From positions 77,624,001-77,688,000 of the forward strand of contig CM060732.1 in assembly GCA_030704615.1 (NCBI GenBank): a stretch of DNA of 64,000 nt. Reading direction: 5' to 3'. The translations under genes were made by a program, and so were the position numbers. Origin of the DNA: Takakia lepidozioides. Lineage: Eukaryota > Plantae > Bryophyta. How positions within the stretch are numbered: the stretch's first letter is position 1; every line of letters starts with the position of its first letter. The notes beneath the pieces were generated by a model, which worked only from the letters and a program-made list of their open reading frames with translations, made no database searches and had not been told where the DNA came from. This document shows, piece after piece, positions 38,589 to 49,801 of this stretch.

Positions 38589-41025
38589 TTAGGGTGGTGA
38601 AGTTGCAGATTGTAGGGGCTCCAACTCAACCAGCTCTTGTTCCTTTGGCACCTGCAAACGCCAACATCCCTTCCACAGTTCCTAACTCAGTTCTGTGGTA
38701 AAAGTGCAAACTCCTGAGGATAATCCTCACCAAGTAACACTCCCTCAATCAAATCAATACCAACCCACTCCACCAGATGGAAGCAGTTGTTCCAAGCTCC
38801 TTCAAGATCCAAGATGAGGCATAATCTGCATGCAGAGCCTCTTAATCATGGATCTCCCTGCAATCCATATGCACAACGCACAAGCCACCTTTAAAATGTC
38901 CTGAAGGTGGGAGAAGGAAAACTGCAGCCTAGTAGCCCTTGACTTGACCATGACTGAAGAGCACTAAGTTTGGGGTAGGATTGTCTCCCCCCTCATTCTC
39001 TAACAAAAACTCGGGTTGGTCTACATGCACGTATATTGTCTTATAGGAAGGGCAGGCTACCTCGCAACATTTAAGCTTCCTGATAGCATCCACTAGCCGC
39101 GCATCGCCAGCCACTTTTCGACAGTTTTGAATTAGATTCTCACGAGAAAGTCTCCCAGCCTGAAAACACAAGGTTGCCACAAATTGTGCTTACTGCTCAA
39201 CTTCGAGTTACACAAAGGTTCAAACAATTGAAGAGATGAGTTCCGGGAAGATAGCCTGCAGTGTAGCACCTTGAAGCTCAAATAGTGCTGCTGCAATAGG
39301 AGGAGCTGTGATGGTGCCAGCTGTGGTTGTAAAACATGGAACAGACTGGCGAATGATAGGCAGGTTGACGTGGGGCCCTGCACCTGCCACAAGCACATTT
39401 ACCCACCTCATTAGGCCATGGCTCTGCTCTCAATTGTGTCTTAGACCATCCACACCAATGAGTACACACAATCCCTGCACCCACACACCAATCTGCATTG
39501 AAAGAACAAGTTATCCTTTTGCAAGCCTTTCCACTGCCTGTCTTCTGCAAATACAAATAACCAATAAACCACAACCCTGCAACATCTCCGGCCACCAATG
39601 GCTATCACAAGTTCAACCGACTATTTAATATCAGGAACACTCCAAAAAAAGAATGAACTACTTGACTCAGATATCAGGCAAGAGTCACTATCCAATCCCG
39701 AAGGCAACAAGTGCACACTATGACGACAGAGAGCAGTTTCAACCATGTGAGATCAACAGACCTGGCTGTACATGGGTGAAGGCCTCCCCAATACTTCAGT
39801 ACATCTCCTTGCATTTCCTCCTGTTGTTTCAAGTTTTATCTCTGGTACACTCACTTTTCCGGGAAGCTGCCTCTGCTTACCTCTGACTGCTGCGATCACC
39901 GCTGTAGACAAACATAAGCAAGCTTCAGCCAGGACCTTTACTGAAGACCCATAACCTGAACAGCACCCTCAGCAAACAACGACTGCTGCACCAACGGAAC
40001 TTGGACAGTTTACCCGGAGGAATGTAAAGCAAAAACACTTACCGTGCCATTGAGGAGAGAGCTTGAATCGTATGACATAAAGGGGTAAAATGTGAGTGTT
40101 CATGTGTGTACTCCACACAATCAACCGCTTGGGAGCAAGCAGTTCATCTACACCAGTGTCAAAGTGCTCACTACTAGGGTGGAACTGATCTGAGCCTGGC
40201 TTCACCAACTCTGTTGCCCCTAGTATGACTTGACACAACACAATGTGCTGCTCCCCATTTTCATCATTATCTGCATATACCACACTGCACCCCAAACCCT
40301 CATGTAATCTCACTACCAGTACAACACACCATAACACATCTCAAATTCTGACTGCTCTCAATCAAAACATCACAACCAACCCTCTGCCCTTGCTAAAAGA
40401 AGGAAATTTTCAAAAATATGATGTAGGGATGACAAGAACTACAAGCTCTGTCTATCCAGTTCACCATTCATATTGTTGACAAAATGCTTCACCTGACATC
40501 AGCATGATTTTCTGGGGCAAGATAAACTCCAACACCATAAGCTGAACCATTCTTCGGTTTTCTAGGCTGCCCAAAGCCATGGAGAATGATTCCAGATACG
40601 CCCATCTTTGAAGTCCCATGCCAGCCATATTGCACATTGGCATCTCTTCGAGTCTGTTTTGTCAACTCTTTCCATCTTTCAAAGCCTTGCCGTCGTGCCT
40701 TTCCTGCAGGGCTAGAGTGATTATCTTGATAGATTGCCTTGATATCCACACCCGAACTAAAAAGACCGAGTCCTGCCAGGAAGTGTGTTTTCACTTTTTC
40801 AAATTCTTTGTCTCCATCATGCAGCCTCATAAGCTTGTTATCTAGTAAAGCATAGTCATGACCACTCCCCAAATTGAGAGTCTGCTCTTTTGAAACCCCT
40901 GCATGATGCTTGACTTGTCCAGATATCACTTTTACATCTGCTGCCTCATGCCCTGAGTTTCCTCCATTGCTTGTGATTTCACTCCCAGATGGTCCTTCAT
41001 GAGAGGTCCCAGACATCCCTGCCAT
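38589..41025 (-). CDS. SRO: SRO/RCD1-family protein (PARP-like catalytic domain + RST) with an Aux/IAA-derived N-terminus and no WWE domain
   Basis: Exons (41025 or further upstream)-40493, 40284-40043, 39901-39795, 39383-39270, 39159-39061 and 38651-38589. PARP motifs: YGWHGTS, YGVGVYLAP, DENGEQHIVLCQVILG, FHPSSEHFDTGVD, VWSTHMNTHILP. RST motifs: PTSTCLSFASLF..YLSFKAGRLSRENLIQNCRKVAGDARLVDAI. The start codon is uncertain. Confidence 0.85.
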
Positions 41026-44000
41026 ACCTTCAACAAACCTGCTCCTGGTCTCAAAGAAATTACCATTCCTGGACTCAAAAACCGGACCTCCAATGTCCTC
41101 AGAAAAGCGACGCTTGGCACCAGCCAGACCTCCAGTCTCAGATGCTGGAATGGCAATCCTGGATAATGGAGGTGAGCCATTCTGCCTGCAAGAAAATCCA
41201 CTACAAACGCACGGCCCTCATGCTGTTGCAAGCTCTGTAGCATGCAGTGATCAGGAGTATCCCCTGCACGTTGGTTCTCTGCTGTAGCTTCCTTCATACT
41301 CTGGGCATGCTGGCCATAGTACAGCTTGGAAATTTCCTGCAAGTTACGAGTTCCATCAAGACCAAGGAGACCATCTTGGGACAAACAGGATACAGGGGTC
41401 TCCTCGCGGTGCCTCACCTCCGGGACTGATTGGGATGGTTGCAGACCGTGCATGGAATCATGTCCTCTTACCCCAGAGGTAGCTGTTAGGGCAGATTCAA
41501 CAAGGCTGCATTGCATCCCCTGCATCTCCTTGGGTGAATGGTTCGCAGAAAGGGAGCCTTCCTGCATTATCCTCTCTTGCTTCAGCCTCTCCATACTACT
41601 GGTTTGATGACGGGTACCTCTTCCATAAGACGCCATTCCTAGAGGTTTCTCTCCAATGCATCCTTCCCCGTTTCTCTCATATTTCGCAGGCCATGCCCTT
41701 TCCTTAGCACAGGAGATTTCTTGAGAGAATACAGGTAGTTGTGGGGCCAGAAGCTGTACCTTGTCCTGCTGAAGTTGGTTCATCTCCATCATAGAGCACC
41801 TTCCCAGGGGCCGAAACATATAGTTTTCCAACCTGTCCTCAGCAGGTGCCACCTCAAGGTCCAGTCTTAAGCTTTCAGTCATGCCTGGGGAGTTTTTAGC
41901 ATGCTTCCCATGTCGTTTTTGCAAGGAGTCAAAAGCACTCCTCCCTGTCAGTGTGTGGACATCATTGGAAGCAGCAAACTCCCAATCCATTGCATTCCTG
42001 TTGTGAGCAGCATATGAACTCGTTTCAGAGACAGATTCACGGTCTATTGCAGAACTGTTCTCAAAGTCCCCACCTGCCCTAGTCTCAGGTTCACTTTGGT
42101 CTATACAGGCAGCTTCTCCAGTCGCAGGAAGACCTCCACTCTGTAGAGCATTTGAAACATGCTCTTGCAGATGATGCCCGGCAGAGGTAATGGCACCACC
42201 CTGAAAGGAGGATATGTGGTCTCCCCCTTCTTTTGTGTTTCTACCAATCAGAAGAATGGCAGGTGGGCCTAGCTGCAGTTCCGTAGCACGTAAGTTCAAG
42301 TTGCACTGCACTGTCTCTGCATGTGTGAGACATTGTGAGCTCTCCAGACTCTGGTAAGATGAGGAAACCTCTGAAAACCCAATGTAATCGTGCTCCCTAA
42401 GAGTGGTTCCACTCTGGCTGCTGACCACTCGTCCAGATGCAGGGCAACCTCTGTTCTGTACAGCATCTGAAACCAGCTCTTGCAGATGATGGCGTGCAAT
42501 ATCTGAGGCATCGGCACCCTTCTGACAGGGAGACCTGTTGTCTACCTCTTCTTTCATGTTCTATCTAACTCAATCAGCAGACCGGCGGGTGGGCCTAGCT
42601 GCAGCTCCATGGTAAGTAAATCCACCCCCTGCACCCTCTCTGCATGCATGGGAAACTGTGAGCTTGCCAGATTCTGAGAAGGTGAGGAAACCTCTGAAAG
42701 CCAGATGTTGTCATGCCTTATAAGAGTAGTTCCACTCTGGGTGCAATGTCCCTTTGAGGGAAACAACACTTTGGCATCCGCATCCATGGTGTTAAAGTTT
42801 AAAGAATGACAGCCAGAGGTGTCTAACCACGAGCATTCACCACGGTTGCTTGCAACCCGCATCGAGGTTTGGCCGGAACCTGCTGCCCCATTACTGCCAT
42901 GGTTGAGGGTATGGGCCACATGACTCCATACGGCCGTTTTGGCATTCCAGCCAATACTGGAAAACAGAGGAGGAGAACAGCGGGTACCTACAGCCTGGCC
43001 ATTTAGAGGGGAGTCATGGCTGACACAAATGTGACTGCCTCCACGACCCCCCACATTCTGCGACCATGCACAAGAACCATGACTCGCTTTACCAGAGCTC
43101 CACACTCACATCACTTCAGATGGAGCCACTGAACATATGAAACTGACCAGTTATCTTGCAAAGCAGTGGAAGGCTCTCATGCATTTGATTCCGCATAGTA
43201 ATGTTTCCCTGGCCCAACTCCATAACCTCCTCTTAAAAGCTGCCTTCCTTTGCCTCTCTTAAGAGACATAGATATACCATGTTTCTCTTCCTACTCACAG
43301 CTTGCTCTCTTGTCTGTCTCTATATCATGACCTGCTCAGACTCCTTTCCCTTGCCCTCCACACGTTATTTCTTTCCAGCTTACGTGATCTGTCTAATTCA
43401 CCAAGCTATGATGTAGAAGGTCACCTGAGAAACTCCCAGTCAACACTTAGAGCGCATAGAGTGCATTACTTGTACCGTCTCCCCCTTTCGGGTCCTCTGT
43501 GATGACTCAACATGACCAACACGTAAAATGATGTTCACTTTCTTGAGTTTCAGCACCATTATGGCATCTCAACATGAGACATTCACCTGTAAGTGTTGTC
43601 TCATGTAAGCAGAGCATACACCAGCGGTTTTGATAAATCAATGCAGCACCTTTGTTACGGTGTCTTTTTAGAAACTATTTCATCACCTCTGTATTTTTCA
43701 GAACTGATCATGTGGAAGTCCATCTCTCCTGGGTGTGTAGGCGTTTTATGAACACACTCGGCATATCTCAACGTTGATAGGGATTACCGGCGTTGCCCTA
43801 TATGCACTTGAGCCTATGTATTGAGCGATTCCTGCTGTAGACCTTGAATGCTAGTCGTGTTTGTGCCGCTGAAGGAACTGGGAAGTGGCTAACATCCTGA
43901 CATGGATGACCGCGGATAGGCACAAACAGACCAGTCCCTGGCTTTGTGACTTAGTGATCAAGTAAATTTGGAGAAGGCACCAGCAGCTCTCAAACCCTGC

Positions 44001-44100
44001 AGTTCATGCAGCTGCCATCCACACATACTCAGGCATGCCCCCTTCAATACACATAAACAATTCCTGATTCCATGGTCAAGACAAATTTTGATCCTTAGCT
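40895..44100 (-). pseudogene. Diverged duplicate of the Aux/IAA 5' region and first large exon (no degron or PB1), with two frameshifts
   Basis: Colinear similarity to about 1740-4330: SQNVGG, SQSGTTLREHDYIGFSEVSS, ATELQLGPPA, KERAWP, SSMERLKQERIMQEGSLS, GAKRRFSE, GMAGMSG, EAA.V.V.S.QVKH. Frame changes at about 42557 and 41205. Confidence 0.88.
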
Positions 44101-46033
44101 AAATCACACCAGAATTGGGAATCTTCCTATGTTTTTGTAGTGGCAGCTCTGGCGGGACGCCATGGAAACCTATATTAGATTAAAGACTATGCATGGTCCC
44201 GTGCTGCTCGCTATATGGACCCACATGGGTCTCCCTGGATTTAATTTCTATGACAGGAGGGTGTGCCTGCGCAAGGTGAGTTTGTATTGAGTCTGACGCA
44301 CCTTGAGGGAATAGTCAATCCGGCATATCAATCCTTGGGGAGCCGGGGATATCTATTCACACAATATGAAAACTCCCCGAAATCGACGAAAGGGACACAA
44401 TGATTTCGAGGAAAGATGTCCGGCCAGAGCTGCGCTGCGAGAGAAGGAAGTGGCACGATCTGCGGCCTGTTGCTCGTCTATGCGCCACTTTTCCCTCCCC
44501 TCTACGAGAATTCATGACCCTTTCAACTAAAACCAAAAACTCTTTACCTTGTCGACATTACTGCCAGAGTGTTCATGCCGAATAAACGACGATCCACTCA
44601 CTTACAGGGAGTTTTTGACCCAAGAGACAATATTGATTCAGTATGCTGCTCTAGCTCCTATCTAGCCCAAATGTGACAGAGCCACTATTGCCCTGCCTAA
44701 GAACCAAAGACGCAGCTTTCAGGCTACATACCTTTGGGCGATCCAACTCCATGCCTTCCCACTTTCCTACGGCCAACAAAGACAGGTAGATAGCGAAGCG
44801 ATAAGCACGAGTGGATCGCCCACCTTCATCTTTATCGGCGCTGAACCTTGCGTCGCGCCATGACCTCGGAATGACTGCAGCAGCCTTGCCCTGTAGTCCG
44901 CTAACGAGACTTAAGAACCAGACTTGAGAATATCAGAACTTTCAAAGTTTGTGGCACGTTTGTGTATCTCCACGACCCTATTCTTCAAACCTGTGTTTCA
45001 AGACGTTTCAATGACATCAAACGGCTGGGTGAGTTGGGAGGGGAAGCGCTGCCACACTGACCAACGAACCCTCGGCCAACAAACCAGATTCTCAGCTCTT
45101 CCAACAGAACTTCACATATTCTGGCGATTTCACACACCAACTTCTTGGAGATTGATCACACAACCCCATGCACACACATTCTTACAGCTCTCTAAAACTC
45201 TCTCGACATTGCAAATGCAATTGTACAGAAAGAAAAAAACTCGTCCACAGATCCACTCAGCGTGTGTCCGTTCATTGGGCTCTTAGTTGGCTAGACAAAC
45301 AAGGTCAAACTTGGGACACATCGAGTAATCTACAAGAGAGATGCTTCCCCATACTTACTATGGTACACCAGTGAGGAATGTAAAGAACCACCAGAAGGTC
45401 AGAAGGTCAGAAGAGTGTAGAAGACTGTAGAGAGTCCTTCCCAGTCTGACAATTTGGGTCAGTGAGACAGTATTTAATGACTTGCTTCTCCTCTTCAGCT
45501 TTCCCGTCTTCTTCTGAGAGTCTCTCATTCTCTCTTTCTCATGTTTATCCTAGCTTTAGGATTGGCAATCCTTCTTGGGCCACAAAATCCCTGCATAGTC
45601 TCTATTGTACGTTTAGAAGTTCTGCAGCACTAACTTGGTGTAACAGACACTGAATGTGAAGTACCGCAAATTTGTTGCTCAATTCAGCATGTAATAAGAA
45701 AGGATGCAATTGCATGATCACAGCATACATGATACAAGTTCATTTGTTGGAGATTGAAGATGAAGCATGATAGACCTGCGACGCTTAGGCATTGCGGCCC
45801 AATGGTCCATGAAAGTACACAGTCCTAGCAGGTTGCAGAAGTATCATTTGGCCTTAGGTTTCCTACTATCTGTTGACAGGCCCTCTCCAAGAGGGTTTTG
45901 CAAAGCTTCGGTGCCACAGTTCGATGGTAATTCGCATTGCATGATCATGACCATGGACAGATACTACCTGTCATTGCGGAAATGGCATGAGTACATTCTT
46001 TGTCTGTCTGTCTGTCTGTCTCGTATGGCACAA

Positions 46034-46068
46034 GGCCACAAGGCTGCGGCAAATGTCTTATGAGTACA
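46034..46068 (+). mobile_element. Extremely 5'-truncated (about 35 bp) LINE 3' end
   Basis: GGCCACAAGGCTGCGGCAAATGTCTTATGAGTACA, flanked by degenerate direct repeats (TCTCGTATGGCAC / TCTCGTGTACGCAC). Confidence 0.7.
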
Positions 46069-46231
46069 TCTCTCTCGTGTACGCACTGCAAACAGAGATC
46101 TTGGAGCAAAACTAGCATGGGATGCTCCTTCTATACATGGGTTCAGAGCTCTGGATATTGCATAACTGTCTTTATGAGGAAAATGCAGGTGGAGCTGAAA
46201 TGGCAACCGGAAACGATGCAGAGGATGTCTG

Positions 46232-48526
46232 TCAGTGGCTTGCATTGTTTTTGAGCCGCATTGCTTCATTCTCCAGCAAATTGAGGTCCCTTTTCAACTT
46301 TGTCATATGTGTGCGCACCTGCAACCAAGCAAAAGCCCCTACTTTAAGACAAACAAGAGAAAACGAGGTGTTGTCAAACCAAGTCAAACTCAGTGTGAAG
46401 ATTTAGGATGTTCTTGGCTATGTAGCTTACCTGTTGACGGGCGGCAGCCAAAAGGTTTAGCTCATCAGCTTCTGAATGCCTCAAAAACCACTGTGCCAGA
46501 GGATGCTCCTTTGTTTCTCCTTTCTTTCTGTCTACAGACTCATCGACCCCACCAGCTGCCCACAAGAAAATTAGCAAAACTCTCTAGTGTATGCTTGCTT
46601 CACACTATGCAAACTCAAACACACTGAAAGACTTGATCCTCAAAAAAACTTGAACGTGAGTTAAGTAATCAGCATCCATGAAACAGGCACAAACAAACCT
46701 TGAAGAGCAAGGGCAGAAGCCTGGGATCCAGTGACCAAGACCCCAGGATGATTCCGAATTCGTGCAAACAAGGCCTCCGAAGGCTCCGTGAACACAATTT
46801 CATCGTACGCCTCCACAACTACAGGCTTCTTTGTGTTCTGCGGCCCTGATTCATCCTCTGGATATAGCTTGAGGTGATGGAACCTGCACCCTCAACTTCT
46901 TCCCGTTGAACTCCAACAAGCCAGCAGCACACTCTCCTTCCGTGAAAATGCAATGCTGACCCACTTTGCCTTGCATTTTCAAACATTAAACATGTTAAGC
47001 AGCTTATGTTACATAACTAGCTCTCCATCAAACATATAAATTCGGGAAGGAGTAGAAATCAGGCTACATACAGCTCCAAGGGTTTCTCAGCGACATCTGC
47101 ATGAAAGAAAATGGTTATGCCGATTTCAAATTCGCCCCAACCTGTCTCAGACAGCTCAAAAGGAGCCATCTCGACTGTCCTGGTTGGATTGCTGAAGCTG
47201 TGATGGAGCTGAAACACCACCCTCTTGATCACCACACTGAGGTCCTCATTGGTGGCACTCCGTACATAGGCAGTCCACTTATTTGAATGGTATCTGCATG
47301 CATCTCCATATGACTCAAATCATCTACTCCTGAGCTGCATAAACCCTTCTTCACACCATTTCATGCACAGACAAGGTTCGACAGTAGTTGCACATGAATG
47401 CCATCATCCAACGATTTCTTATCATCTGACTCCCACCGAGTTTTTTGTTCACTATGAAACCCTTTCATATGTTTGGAAATTGAATAAATTGCAATATACT
47501 CCACAAAGCTTCGGCTCCATCCATGACTCCCCTAGTCTATATTAAGACAACGGTAGCCCACCAATCTAAGAGGTTATACTTTCATCTTGTTACAGATCAT
47601 ATGAATGTGAAAAAGGAAGAGATAGTTGAAATCATACTCATCAGCCTTTTTCCCGAGCCAAAAGGAAATTGTTCCATACACAATGGGAACAGTCAGCTCC
47701 ACCTCCTTCACCCTTCTGACTGGGTTCTGCAGCAACTTAGCAACGCCTGTCAGCTGAGTGCTGCCATCAAGCGACAGAGAAAGGCTCCTTGCACACTTCA
47801 ACATCTTCAAGCGAGACGGATTTAATATACGACTCCTACACTGCCAACTGACATCAACCCAGACCCTGCCATCCGCATCGATGCAAGAAGCATGGCAGCA
47901 GAAAAATAGAGCCCACAATTACAAGATGGGCATTACAATATTAAAGTATGACGCTAGTACATCCTTGCTCTGTCATTTAAGCTGACAACTGAATTGTGCA
48001 ATGCAGCAGGGGGCATAGAAGGAAAGGACCTTTTTTTCGTGGTCATCTAGCAGACGGGCAGTCTTAGCACGCTGCAGTCGCTGAATAGCACTCACTTCCG
48101 TTTGCTCAATGCCAAACTTCTTTCCCACGATCGCTTGGGGCATCTTCCCTCTCAAAGCTACTATCTCATTTATCTGCACCACATACGCACCACCTGTTTC
48201 ATCTTAACCCTGCTTTAAGGGCTCCATCAACTACATGACTCAGGTAATCAACCGGGGAAACCCGGGGAAACCCCGTCGATCTCTGCGCATCACTGCGACA
48301 CAACGAAACCCTCACATACGAATGTGGCAGGCTAAGAAATGCAATACCGCAGGGCAAAAAAATGGGGAATACAAACCTCTTCAGAAGTGAGGTCGTTGAG
48401 GCGGCGCTTGCGTTTCGATGATGCAGTGGCACCTCCACTGGAACCAGCACTGGTGGTCGACCCCGAGGGCACTGCAGCAGACGAAAGCGGCGATGCAAGA
48501 CGAGCTGGAGATGGAGGAGCAGCCAT
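46232..48526 (-). CDS. YAF9: YEATS-domain protein YAF9/GAS41 with a putative N-terminal HTH extension
   Basis: Core exons ~47804-47638, 47293-47072, 46883-46699, 46555-46431 and 46318-46232 encode [71 protein letters not shown] and a C-terminal coiled coil. Upstream exons 48526-48377 and 48173-48030 (both phase 0) are less certain. Confidence 0.88.
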
Positions 48527-48584
48527 CTAACCCACCTCGGTTCCCCCTTATATGCCCTCCCCCCGCCACGTCCTCCAGCTAGTC

Positions 48585-48710
48585 TCTGGGTTTCGATGCA
48601 GCAAGCTGCTGCTGCACCATCGCCAGATTCTCGCAGAGCGTTGAACTTGAGCCGAGGAAGACGGCCCCGTACCCGCTCCTATCACCGTGGCCTATATTGC
48701 GGCCTAGAGT
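48585..48710. repeat. Left arm of a ~125-bp inverted repeat (partner 53061-53196)
   Basis: TCTGGGTTTCGATG.AGCAAGCTGC.GCTGCACCATCGCCAGATTCTCG.AGAGCGTTGAACTTGAGCCGAGGAAGACGGCCC is the reverse complement of the partner with few differences. Confidence 0.85.
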
Positions 48711-48872
48711 GATTTACACTACCAGCCTGCCCGAGTCAAACATGTAATTTTGGAGCAGTAGAGGAAGGACCCACACATGAGATTTGTTGTGGAAGCTTCA
48801 TTGATTGAAAGGGATGGAGGGAGAGCGAAGAAGAGAAAGACGCTCGGTTGGACAGGAGGGTCGGAGGGAAAG

Positions 48873-49724
48873 ATGAGTGGGTTGGTGGAGGGTTTGGGTT
48901 CCCTCAGAATGGCTCCAGGCAGAGAGCCCTTGAGCAGGAGTTGGTGGAAGGATTTTACAGGTGCAGCATTACGTGTGAAGACCCCGCCGCTCTTGGTCGG
49001 CAGTTCAGCTGATCAGAAAGGGGCAGGCCGGCAAGGGAATGATGGAGGGGGGCTTACCCGACGATTAGGATTGTTGGATATTATCTTACTGGGAATTGGA
49101 GCATCCATTGGCGCGGGTATTTTCGTGGTCACAGGCACTGTCGCCCACGATCTGAAGCGTCCCATCTCATGAATCTTCACGACGAGAAACAATTTCTGGC
49201 AGAGGGGAGGAATGAGTGGTGAAATTCTTGTTTCCTCCTTTGTTCGCAAGCTTGTTTTTGTTTTTGTTTGTTACATGTCCTTGTCGGCTGTGGCTTATTG
49301 GTAGCTTCTGCTCACAATCTCTATCTAAGAATCAGGTTGAAGCAGAATGTTAGTCAAATTGGTCTCAGGCTTATATTGGTTGCAACTCTTCTTGGTCAGG
49401 AAGATCTGTATAGGCCATACTATCTTGCAGTCATGGCCCAGCCACTCATTCTTTTTAAACTACTTTAGTGAATTTGCTCCTTTTGGCTTGGATTGGAGAG
49501 GTTGTTGTTTTGTTGGACAATTTCTATTTCGTGTAAGTTTTGATCAAGCTTGGGTGCTTTCGATTTTTAAACCCTGGACAACCTGGTCATTGCAGAAAAG
49601 TTCTGACTGCAAACTCATGGTATTACAGGGGTCGTATTGAGTTTTGCGCTGGCAGGTGCCGCCTGCGTGCCGAATGCTCTCAGCTATGCAGAACTTTCCA
49701 GCCGCTTTCCAGCTGTAGTGGGGC
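48873..49724 (+). pseudogene. Cationic amino-acid transporter (CAT9-like) 5' fragment
   Basis: Exon 1 encodes LTRRLGLLDIILLGIGASIGAGIFVVTGTVAHD, with the expected AGP/donor junction missing. Exon 2 from 49629 encodes GVVLSFALAGAACVPNALSYAELSSRFPAVVG, then reads straight into the PPR ORF. Confidence 0.8.
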
Positions 49725-49801
49725 ATCGGCAGGGGATCCAGCATAGTTGGCCACGATTTCAGGTCCCACTTTGTACATTACTCCCCTCTCTCTCTCGTCA
49801 T

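Noticed and set aside
40932-41205. C-terminal ~90 aa of the 541-aa ORF as real protein
   Set aside because: It is out of frame relative to the Aux/IAA homology, which continues in the PARP frame.
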